DNA of 63,990 nucleotides, the filler included, from Trypethelium eluteriae (lineage: Eukaryota): NCBI GenBank assembly GCA_051942245.1. It is 3 parts of 3 records of this genome, joined end to end, with 100 filler letters (N's around TTAATTAATTAA, not from the genome) between each part and the next. Parts side by side here need not be neighbours in the genome. Positions count along the whole stretch, not along the records: positions 22,109 to 44,114 come from JAVECL010000451.1; 2 more parts are not named here. One strand, 5' to 3'. Shown here piece after piece: positions 26,610 through 37,446 of this stretch; position 1 is the first letter of the stretch; every line of letters starts with the position of its first letter. The notes beneath the pieces are model-generated. The model did not search any database. It had not been told where the DNA came from and saw only the letters and a list, made by a program, of their open reading frames with translations. The position numbers and the translations under genes were made by a program.

Positions 26610-26751
26610 AAGTTTGGAGTGATTTAGATGAGGTTAAAAGCAAACAACTCTACCAAACAACTCTACCCCATGTTGTGCTAACCCTAACCCTATTTTACTA
26701 ACAAAAGCAAACGATCCTTATAAGAGTTGTTTGCCCCATATAGGTTAGAAT
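26610..26751 (-). repeat. 5' terminus of the YR-RecQ element
   Basis: Lies ~440 bp upstream of the polyprotein ATG; telomere-like repeat at 26678-26692, hairpin at 26707-26734; similarity to the other copy stops abruptly after ...ATAGGTTAGAAT. Confidence 0.75.
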
Positions 26752-28574
26752 TAGATTTATTATTACTTATTTTATTACTTTTACTCTCTTCCTTGCTGTT
26801 CTCTTTATTGCTATTATTTTATTATTATTACTCCTACTCTTCTTTATTCTAAATAATCTGGAGTGTATAACAGATAAACATAATAAGACACCCAGTATAT
26901 TATTACTAACTCTTAATATTCTATAGTTATGCTAATAGCTGTTAATTAACCTCTTTGCGCTTCGCACCCTGCAGCCAGCGCTGTGTTTCTTAAGCTAATG
27001 TTAATAATCCTTGGACCCCCTACTCTACTGCCCGCTTAATTACTTAAGCTGCTTATTGTAGCTTAGTTTTATTCTTTTTTAGGAGCCGGATTGCAGCAGC
27101 TAGATATTAATAGTTTTGGTTCGCTAAATGTGACGGCCAACCTATTTAATTATACCAGCCAGTTTGGTTATTTTTTGCTACTTCTGTATTAATTACTTAT
27201 GCCTTTTGCTCCACTTATTTTTGTGTGCTTTTTTATTTATCCAGTAAAGAATTAATAATTGCTTACTGCTTAAATAATGCCCTAATATGACTTACTTAAA
27301 TGGTAAAGTATTACTGCTGTGCACCTGCTTAAAAAAACATCTATAAAGCAACCCGTTTAAAGTAGCTATCCACGTCCTTTTTACACCACAATAAGCAGTA
27401 TTTTTATTTTTAATGTATCCATAGCACGTCTTAATTAATTATTAAATAGTTACATATTATAACAGTATAATAAAACCCTTCCAATAGCAGACCCAGTATT
27501 AAAAATGGCGGGCACATTAGCAGCGGCTAATCCACATCCTTGGGCTTTTTAATCTATTAATAATAGTATTTCTTAATAAGTGCTGTCCATATGTTAGTTA
27601 GGAGTGTGTAATAATTGCGGAGATGTGTTTATAAATTCTTAATTCTAATTGCATGTTGCTAATAAATAAGAATATAATATCGCTGGAGATAATAAAGCTG
27701 TTATTTAGCCTCTTTTATAATAACAGTATATTTGGGGGCGGTTACTGCTGCTTATTGTTATTTTGATATTCCTCCTACTGCAGCAGTTATAATCTGTGCA
27801 TTCCAGCAGAACTCTATTACTATAATTATAAGGATCTCTTACACTCTTCTTCCACGCTTCTATTTTTATAATCTAAGATAGAAATTGGGTTCTCCTGGAT
27901 TGTGCGACGCGATTAATACTATGTTTGCCTCCAGTAACTGGGGTGGAAGAGTGAATAAATAAACCCTACGGACACCGCGAAAGAACCCCTTGCGCCCGCC
28001 CGAACGGGTCTAGCGACACCCGCACCCTAGCCCGATCGGGACGAATCATGGTTTGTTCGCGCGATCCTCTCGGTTAGGCAACTCCATAAATCCCAAGCTG
28101 GCGGTATTTCTTCCGCATTAATAATGCACTATGGGTTAGGGATTATATTATAAACTCTGCTACTGTGTATCCCGCCGCCGGGTTTATCTATTGGGCTATT
28201 AAGGCTATATCCTAGCTTATTAACTCTTAAAAGATTGATAAGAACATCCTTAAATACTGCCTGCAAGATATTAAACTCTAACAGGCTTTTATTATTTCTA
28301 ACATAGCTAAAGATTTTAAAATCCAGACCACTCTTAGCTCTATTTATAATAAAGCAATTAGATTGCAGGGCTATATGCAGTTTGTAATCTCCACTTTCAC
28401 ATCCACAAATACTTAATAAACCCAACATGCAATAGGTAAAATCTCAGTTAACTTTAGCAACAGTATTAATATATCTAAAAACACCATAGGTGGGATTAGG
28501 AAGAGATTATTAATAAACTTTACTCAAATTATTAACTCTAATAATTTTTATAACAGCATGCAAGCCTTAGGTAT
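26752..28574. repeat. Unclassified RIP-degraded repeat DNA
   Basis: TpA-rich and stop-rich, with a CpG-rich island at ~27900-28110; no motif I could assign. Confidence 0.5.
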
Positions 28575-29070
28575 TGTTACGACCCAACTGCGTCAAGGCT
28601 GAACGCCATCTCCTTTATACTTGCTGCAAGCGTTCCACAGACAGGTCGTAACGAGTAAAGGTCACGTGACTGATTAGTGGTGGTAAGCCACAGATCAGGA
28701 TAGAGCGATCTAGGGTGATCACCCACGGATCATAGGTGATCACACTGATCAGTAGCGATCAACCCAGGACCAGTAGAGATCTGATCAGAGGGAAAACAGC
28801 TGTGATCAGGAAAAAATCACAAGTATATATATGTAGGAGGGAATTAGCTTAACTGACTTCCTCGCGTTTTATTATCATACCAAACTGTACCTACAGTTAG
28901 TTATGAGCCAAATTGAACAAGTCCTTATTCATTACCAAGTTGTTCAAAGCTTAGTGACCCTTCTTACATTATTGGATCCTCGACACTCCGCTCCTACGTG
29001 AAAAACTCTGAGACCCTTCTACGGACCTGCTACAAGCTGCGCTTGTACCAGGGGGTATAGGCTCATAACA
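28575..29070 (+). mobile_element. Solo LTR
   Basis: TGTTA...TAACA ends, ~496 bp, internal GATC repeats and TATA-like TATATATAT; TSD not evident. Confidence 0.7.
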
Positions 29071-29187
29071 GTAGCTAACCGCTACTGATTAGTTACGTAA
29101 CTTGTGCGTATTATAACCTATCTGTGGAACACTTGCATTAAGTACAAAGGAGATGGCGCGCAGCCCTGACGCGGCTGGGTTGTGACA
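29071..29187 (-). mobile_element. Truncated related LTR in opposite orientation
   Basis: Reverse complement (TGTCACAACCCAGCCGCGTCAGGGCTG...) aligns with the first ~116 bp of the 28575 LTR. Confidence 0.75.
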
Positions 29188-29990
29188 GCTCTTTTTTAAA
29201 TTAAGGGAACCTTATAAAAAAATTATCCAGGTCTTCCTAATTATTAAGATATAAGGTTAACTTTAATTTAACCCAGTATCATGCTTATCCTTTTATGTAT
29301 AATAAAGCTACTAAAGCTTATTATCCTTTTAGGATTCTTTTAAATAGGAAGTAAAATTAGATTTAGTATAATTATTCTTTTAGCTTACTTCTGTCTTTAA
29401 AGTACTTATTAGGTTGTCTAATTTTGCCTTCCTTTAATAAGGTTTTGGTATAAGATTCCAGCCGCAGAGTAGATCCTAATCAACTTATCCTTAAGGGCGT
29501 TTTATTATATTATAAACTTATACCCCTAATGTAAGCGCAGCTTATAACAGGTATGTAGAATAGTCTTAGGGTTTTTTACATAAGAGTGGAGTGTTAAGAA
29601 TCCAATATGTGTAAGAAGGTTACTAAGCTTTAAACAACTTATAATAAATAAGGACTTATTTAATTAACTTATAATTAATTATAAGGTATAATATTGTATA
29701 ATAATAAAATGCAAGGAGGAAAGAAAAAGAGTGTGCTTAAAGTTAAGCTCCTTAAATATTTGCTGGTCCTTTATTATAATCCTCCTTTTTGCTGGGTTTA
29801 TAATAAGAATAGTAAGATATTATTTTGCTTTCCGCAAGGTAAGATCTTACTTATTTTGCTGCAAGATAGTTAAGGTAGCAATGCTGCATTCTTAGTACTC
29901 TTGTTGTGAGACGCGCCTAGTGTTACGCGATTGGTGCACTACAAGTAGTGACTACCTCCGACGCGTTCCTGGTCAGGAGCGTTCGTAACA
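29188..29990 (-). mobile_element. Ty3/gypsy fragment (LTR start and RIP-decayed gag)
   Basis: Minus strand begins TGTTACGAAC at 29990; decayed frame KIRQPNKYFKDRSKLKE*LY*I*FYF...YIKG*A*YWV resembles a retrotransposon gag N-terminus. Confidence 0.6.
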
Positions 29991-30396
29991 GTAATACACA
30001 GATTATATAATAAGTCTCTGCGAAACTTTATCCATTATTATTGCTTTTTAAAATTAATAGCTAGCTGATTAAGCCAAGCTTTTTAAGGAGCAAAAAAGAA
30101 TTAAAAAAGAAAAAAAAGTCTAATTAAAGGGTGTCTTAATTTATAGTACTGAGGATGTCTTGCGGATAGCCCATAAAACAGAGGCAAATACTAAGTATAA
30201 AAGGAAAAGATCTCAACCCCAATAGGCTGCATTAAATAAAACCTTAGATTGGATAAAAGATCCATTATTTAAGATATTATCTAGTGATTTTGATAAAGCG
30301 CCGGCTTCACGCAGGCGCCGCGCACTCATCGCGCAGGTGGTTGTATGATTTACGTGGATCAAAGCTGGGGTTGGATCAAAGCTAGGGTCCTGACTC
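29991..30396 (+). mobile_element. 3' end of pogo/Fot1-like (Tc1/mariner) transposon
   Basis: Decayed C-terminus KV*LKGVLIYSTEDVLRIA; TIR-like end with duplicated GGATCAAAGCT then GGGTCCTGACTC followed by TA. Confidence 0.55.
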
Positions 30397-31550
30397 TATC
30401 TGCAATTTTAAATGGGTTAAGATGTGTAAAGATTTATTTAAGAATTTTAGGTAGCATTTAAAGTAAGCTAGGCATTATTAACTTAAAAGGTAATATTAAT
30501 GCGATATTTAGTGTAATGCGTAAAGCGAAAAAAGAAGCGCGGAGGGTGAGTATGAGAGATAAAATAAAATTGCTCTACCTCCAGCATGCTATTAGGGCGG
30601 CAGGCGCCTAAAAAAAGATTAATGCTTATTAGGCAGTTATCTGCTAAGGGATTAGGGTTATAATTATAAGCAATGTATAAGGGGGTTTTTTAAGCAGTAT
30701 GTAAAGGTTATAGAAGCTGTAATAACTAAACCATGCTTATTCTTATAACTTATTAGCGCTAAGACTTCCTTACACCAGCTTATTTATCTGCATTATTTAA
30801 AGATTTAGCGAATTTGCCTCTATTAAAATGCATATTTATTACGTGTTTAATTTAGTTGGTATATACCGCTGCTTTAAATCCCCTTATAAAAGAAACTAAA
30901 ATTTACGCTACTAATAATGGGCTTTACTTAACTACAGTCTTTAATATTATGCCTCCCCCTAAATCCTAAATATATATTAGTCTACCCAGTACTCTATATA
31001 TAACAGTAATAATATCCTAAGAGATATATATTAGATTAGCTAATAATAACCGCAATAAATATCTAAGCAGCGCCCCCATCTTACACTTTATACTTTATGG
31101 TAATTCTTAATTGCATTAATTATAATAATAAGGGGTTTTAAATAATAGGATTTATTCTTATTATTAGCTTAGCTTTACTTATTATACTGTTTGTATAATC
31201 CTTTATTAAAGGCATGCTAAACTTCCCTTTAAATTTAGCTTATCCCGCTTGGCTTTACTTTTTAAGTATTTAATAAAGTCTCTTTACCCTTATTATTATT
31301 ATGTTATTACTGGTTTATAACTTCTGCGGGAATTATTTATGTTAGAGTATAAATTATTTAATAAGATATTTATTCTTAATTACTTATAACTGCAGTAATA
31401 TAGGCAGCAGGTAAGTTATAAAAACAATTTAAATTATTAAAGTTACACAATAGCTTGATTAATTTTAATGCAATATTACTATTTAAGTACAATCATAAAG
31501 TATGCCTTAAGCTGGAAGTTATAATTAAGGTGTGGAGGCTAAAAATAGAC
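30397..31550. repeat. Unclassified RIP-degraded repeat
   Basis: AT/TpA-rich, returning to normal composition near 31550. Confidence 0.5.
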
Positions 31551-31751
31551 CCTTTCCAAAAAAGGAAGGAGCCGGAATTTGGGCTCATTATTACTCGCTT
31601 AGGCTTCAACAGGCATGATTCAGCCTCTTCACCCTCAGCTCAGGTTAAAGCGGCATTGATTCAGGTTGGTCACTAAGATTAGAACTGGCAAAGAAAAATC
31701 TTATCTCCGATTATAGGGGAAGTTCTTGGTCAGCTTAATGGAGAGTTTCCC

Positions 31752-32955
31752 ATGGATGAAGCAGTGATCGAAGGTGAACATTTTCAGAACATTTCCCTCT
31801 CCAGAGCTCCTGCTGAACTTGAAAGAAGTTCTTCCAAAGAACAGCACCTTCGTTTCGGTGGAGAGTTACGGAAGTAGCGCTTGGACAACCACTGGGAGAG
31901 TTACCGCGCGTGACGTGGATGGTACCCAGAAAGCATATTTCCTAAAAGTACGTGAACATGGTTTCCCCAATCAGCAGGACTAACATTTTCGACAAAAGGT
32001 CGCTTATGGCGAGCACGGTCGAATTATGCTCAATGGAGAGTGGGAATCGTCCAAAGCAATACATGAGCTCATGCCTGGTTTTGTCCCGGAGCCCTTGGGA
32101 TTCGGGAGATATAAGCTAAAGAAGCCGGCCACATGGTTTTATCTTTGTGAGTTCATTGACATGGACCTGGAAACTGCACCCGATCCAGTAGATTTCACGG
32201 CCAAGGTTTCAGAATTGCACAAAACAAGTCGTTCGCCGACAGGTAAATTTGGCTTCCACGTCACGACTTGTGATGGCAAGATACCCCACGTAGTTACTTG
32301 GGAGGAGAACTGGGCCAACTTCTTTGCAAGATTGCTGACTTGTGTCTGTAAGCTTGACTTAGAGACCAATGGACCGTGGCCGGAGTTCGAACGAGCCACA
32401 GCTCAAATTGTTACGAAAGTCGTCCCTCGTTTGCTCGGTGACTTACAGACTGAGGGTCGGCAAATCAAACCTTGCTTGATCCATGGGGATCTCTATGAAG
32501 GCAACGTCGGTATCAATATAGAGATGGGAGATAGCATTTTATATGACGTCGGCTCATATTACGCCCATAACGAGATGGATCTGGGGCAGTGGAGGTTGGA
32601 GTTTAGTTCAGTCTTTCGATCGAAGCTATACACCCACCACTACTTGCAGAATTATGCTGCTGCAGAGCCTACCGATGAGTTTGACGACCGAAACAGGTTA
32701 TATAGCCTGGAGGGGACCATTAACTACTCTGCTGGTCATCCTGGTAGCTCTCTCAGGAAGACGTATGTTGTTCCATGTTCAGATCGATTTGAAGGCCTCT
32801 CATGTAACTGCAGCTTACATTGTAATAGGGCTTACAACAACATGTGCTATCTTTGCGAGAAGTTTGCCCCAATCAACGGCATTGACACATATGATGCTAA
32901 GAGTGATCCATCGATCACAGGCGCTCGGATAAAGATGCACGAAGGCCTTATTTAA
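31752..32955 (+). CDS. Fructosamine/ribulosamine 3-kinase family protein
   Basis: YFLK, GKFGFHVTTCDG, PCLIHGDLYEGN, YYAHNEMDLG; introns 31774-31828, 31948-31998, 32763-32828; true start may lie upstream. Confidence 0.9.
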
Positions 32956-35655
32956 TATGAGGAAAATTCTACCATGATGTAGCCATACATTATTTGTTGA
33001 CCTGTTCTGATCGATGCACCTTGCATCTAGAGGCTGCTCTGGTCCTCTTCGTCGGTATTGAATCAGTATTGACGGTAGACAGACATACTAGCCTCGAAGG
33101 GCTTTCCTTATTAATGTCATGGCAACGTGTTCATCTCTTGCAAGCACGTTCTTATGCTTCCAATTCTCAAGAACGTCGGACCTGCGGCATCTTAGAAAGG
33201 CCAGATTCTATCCATTGTTTGCCTCTTTACTATCTTCGGGCCAGGAGATTCCACACCCACTTGCGGACACTTCATCTTTATCCACAGTACTATCGAGCTG
33301 GCTGAAAGCTCCGATTCTTGCTTGTACTGATAGTATTCGCTTTTCAAACGTCCAAATTCAATGAACTGCGGGGCGTGCGACGCGACGGTATAAACACGTG
33401 GAAAGACAAGGTAGGAATACGGAGAGGAGTATTGTTAGAGTAACCGTTGGGAACGGAGAATGAAGTAGATCTCTTCAACTTCGGAGTGGAATTAGTATGT
33501 TATTTGATTATTCCACGATAGTGAATATCAGCATAATAGTGCATTTCGACAAACGTACTTCGTATGGAACCACCGAACAGTGTTCGTTAGAATTGGTGCT
33601 TCTTACCTAGGTATGTACCAGAGCCCGTAAGGTAGAGTACCGTCGCGCCGGGGAGTGACGGGATTTTCACTCTCGAAGTCCGCAACAGAGCCTGCCACCT
33701 GATACCCTAGGGAGACAATATCTTCAGCTAGCCCCAGAGCCGTTATAATAGGGTTCAACTATCGTTTTTGCAATCTATTAGAAGCCCCGCAAGCTGGACA
33801 CCTGCACAAGAGAAGCAAGGAAACGCGTCCGGCAGTGAGCGCGTCCACCCGCGAGTACGCGATCGTATTCCCTCCCGATTTTTGAAGGAGAGATCAACAC
33901 CTGACAGTTGGACAACTTAGGACGCGGATGCTTACGTGCTAAGTCTACTATTACCTCAAGTAGCAAGCACTCGAATATTGTGTAGGATATCGCGAAGATT
34001 CCTCCACGCCACAAGGCCATGCACAGCAGCGCAATCCCCTCAAACAACCTGCTCTAGAGAGAGAACGCGTCTACTATGCGTATGGTGCTGGGAAAGCACA
34101 CACATTCGATATCAAGCTCAATTAGCAGCCAGTCCCCAATAATAACGTCCTAACGAGCCGGAATTGCCCAATTCAGGCGAACTGCCAAACCTCCACGAAA
34201 GCGCACGAAAATACGATCAGCGAACAAAATCTTTTCGAGAATAAGAGAAGGCAATACAATAAGATAAGTCCGGCGATTGTGCAGAGTTAGATCACTTTAC
34301 GGAAGAGCTAGGAAAGGAGAATAAGCAGTCTCCCAAACGGGTATCATGAAAGACTACACCAATAAAAGGACTCAAGAGGCTTATTAGTGGGATAGAGGGC
34401 ACAGTGAGTGGACTGGAAGAAGCGCTATGAGTAGCACACACTCTCCATCTCAACGTCGCTCGTACGTATCAGCTGTGTCTAGCTCTGGGATACTGTCTAC
34501 CTCGATTGTAATTACACCACCAGACTGAAGCCCAAACCTTCAATCCATCTTAGATTCATTCATTACATGGCTCACAGTTCAAAAGCACCGCCGCCTACCA
34601 AACGTAGATGTCAGCCTTGAGGATACGATGATTGCTTCCGAAGAGACAAGAGAGCTTCAAAACTCGGTATTTATAGGAAAGTCCGGCATGAGCTGGCCAG
34701 TCCATAAACTGAGTGGTGATACCCAAAATGCTCCATACAGTGAGCTTCAGCTGTACAGCGACCAGAACTTACAGACGCTGCGGAGGAGGCGTATGAGGAG
34801 AGTAAGTCATCGGTCTGCAAGTCAGCTGGAACCTATGAGGAAGGATTGTTGAGCGAGGCTTACTACCTTTGTTACTCTCGGCCCGAAACCTCTGTGACAT
34901 GGAACTGTACAGAAGTATACGGAACGTTGACAGACAATTAAAGTTGTTTTGCTATCCACTCTCAGTTGTCTTCCACTGGCAATCTCTCTCACGTTGTTTT
35001 TGTAATCATCCGGAAATCACCGTGAAATGCCATGAAGAAAATTACTCTCAGCTCATACGGAAGCAGATAGGTAAGGATAGAACGGATGGAGCACTATGAG
35101 CTAGGTCACAGGGTCTCACGATTCCACAGATTCCACAGAACACTCCTCGTCCTTGCACCTCATTCCATCCAGCACTCCAAGTGAAGCACACTTTCACAGA
35201 ATTCAACGTGATAACAGCAGACACTTCAAACTCCATGGCTGTGAATGGGATCGAAGGTGGATTCTGCACAAGCAAGCTGCTACTATAAAGTGGCTAACAA
35301 GATGCCGTTATTACAACTCGCCGTTGCCATTGCGAACACTCGAGAAGGATTTTATGATCTGTGCCTCTGATCACGAAAGACCATAATGCATCAGACAGAT
35401 TCGGTGCGAGTGCGAAGAGTATTCCCAGATATTGGAAGTAAATAACAATCAACATCGAACTGGATTCGGAATCATGACTACCTATATAACGCTGGATCAA
35501 AACCTGCGTCATGATCCCGCTGGGTATACAATAGGCAACAAAATCTCAAGACTTGGGAAGTCAAACTCGGAAATGCTCAAATCAGACACTAAAGTAGCGC
35601 TTGTCAGAGACGGCTCTGTTTTTGTTGCACACCATCGTTGGCACCAGTGGATGCA

Positions 35656-37446
35656 TCAACTTCCACACACAGGACAGCCACTATCCGTCTTTTTCTGTAG
35701 CCTCACTACTTGTCGTTCGAGGTCCGCATGCTCGTCCTCTTTTGCATGTACTTCGCGCTGCAATGCCTCCTTTTCGCAGCGAAGCTTTTGCACGCGTTGT
35801 GACATGCGTTCGCGGAGGCTGGCATTTTCCTCATGCACGGCTTCGACTTGTCTCAAGAGTAGTGCGTTCGATGAATGGGTGTTTGGCATATGAGGACTAG
35901 CAGTAGTGACAGCAATGGCTGCCGGTGTGGGTCTAGAGGTCGGCGGAGGAACAGTTGCCTGGGTGGGGACAGGGGATGACGCTGACGCAGAGACTATCGA
36001 GACTGAGGATACCCAGGATGCTGGATGCGATATGGCAGAAGATTGTTCCATCATCGCTTTCGGAGGGAAAGTACTCGCATCCGGAGATGTGCTAGACGAG
36101 GGTGGCGTCTTTAGTTTCTCGTCCAGGCCTCCGATGACTGCTCTCCATGCCTTGTCTCCTACAACACGATCCCGCTTCATCTCTGCGTTTTCCTTGACCA
36201 ATCTCTGATGCTCTTTCTCCAACTCCAATCCTCTTTGCCACGCCTTCTGACCAGCGACCTCGGTCTTTCGAATTTCGCCGAGTCTCTCTTGCAACCCATC
36301 AACCACAGCTCTCCATGCTTTATCACCCGCTACACGATCTTTCTTCAATTCGGCATTTTCTTGAGTAAGGACACGGTTCTCTTTCTCAAGCTCGAGTGCA
36401 CGTTGCCACGCTTTCTCATGTGCAACCTCAGTCTTCCGGATCTCTGCCACTCGCTTCAAGAGAGTATCATTCGCCTGTTCAAGTTCGAGGGCTCTCTGCT
36501 CCAAGGCGGCATTACGAGCAGCCTGGAAAAGGTCATTGCTAGTATCACGTCTTTCCATGACAATACTTCGGGGTCGTTCGCGTGGAGTCGAAGAGCCACG
36601 GGCCGAGGGCGAATTCTGTGGTGTTCCATCTAGTCGCTGTAGCTTGCGTGTTGCGTCGGCGAGTTTTGAACGGAGTACGAGTACGTTGTTGAGGTCGTCA
36701 TCGCGGAGTTTCTTCATCGATTCGTGGTCATAACGTTCTTTGGCTAGGAGGCCTCGGATCAGGATGTTATTCTCGACATCTTCATCACGGAGGGCAAAGA
36801 GAGCTTCGTGTCGTTTATTCCACTGGATTTTTTCGGCCTCAAGGACCGAAACCTTCTCTTTAAGCCCGTCATATTCTTCTGGAGAGACAGCTATCGTGGG
36901 ATTTTCTCGTTCAAGGAATACGACCTTGGACATCAGAGCCGCTAATTGCTGCTCAAGTGGCCCTGGGATATGTGGTGCTGGTGGCTCATCCTCTTCCGAC
37001 TGGTCTCGATCATCTTGCTGAGTGGACAGAACGTCTTCATCATCGAAGTTGAGTTCTCTAACATGTTCGGTGGCAGTGGGCGTTTTCTCGGGAAAGTCGT
37101 AGTCGCGGTCATCTCCAGCGAGTGTTGACGCCCTGGAACGGACATCGTCGTCCGTTTGATTTGCATCCTCTGAGTGATGTACCATTGAACTCACTTGCAC
37201 TAATGTGTTTCCGAGCTTTTGGGACAGGCGATCCTGCCGTTGCCAGACAAGAGGAACAGTTGCATTTTGCATTTGAGTAATCTGCTCCTCGCCGGTAGTA
37301 TCACTGCTTTGATCGGACTCATAACCTCCAGAACCGGGCTGAGAGGGCTGAGAACTAATCGAAAAATTGCGTGCCATTGCACGTACTGAACAAGGGCGAT
37401 TTACGTCTTGTGGGCCATTTGAATCACGGCTTCGTGGAGTCCACAT
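35656..37446 (-). CDS. Coiled-coil hypothetical protein with internal 56-aa duplication
   Basis: ~596-aa single-exon ORF with heptad-rich segments and a terminal CPVC. Confidence 0.8.
   Translation of the reverse strand: MWTPRSRDSNGPQDVNRPCSVRAMARNFSISSQPSQPGSGGYESDQSSDTTGEEQITQMQNATVPLVWQRQDRLSQKLGNTLVQVSSMVHHSEDANQTDDDVRSRASTLAGDDRDYDFPEKTPTATEHVRELNFDDEDVLSTQQDDRDQSEEDEPPAPHIPGPLEQQLAALMSKVVFLERENPTIAVSPEEYDGLKEKVSVLEAEKIQWNKRHEALFALRDEDVENNILIRGLLAKERYDHESMKKLRDDDLNNVLVLRSKLADATRKLQRLDGTPQNSPSARGSSTPRERPRSIVMERRDTSNDLFQAARNAALEQRALELEQANDTLLKRVAEIRKTEVAHEKAWQRALELEKENRVLTQENAELKKDRVAGDKAWRAVVDGLQERLGEIRKTEVAGQKAWQRGLELEKEHQRLVKENAEMKRDRVVGDKAWRAVIGGLDEKLKTPPSSSTSPDASTFPPKAMMEQSSAISHPASWVSSVSIVSASASSPVPTQATVPPPTSRPTPAAIAVTTASPHMPNTHSSNALLLRQVEAVHEENASLRERMSQRVQKLRCEKEALQREVHAKEDEHADLERQVVRLQKKTDSGCPVCGS

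Noticed and set aside
19582..31550. Starship-type giant element
   Set aside because: No DUF3435 captain-like gene or cargo boundaries recognised; flanking genes look like ordinary chromosomal genes
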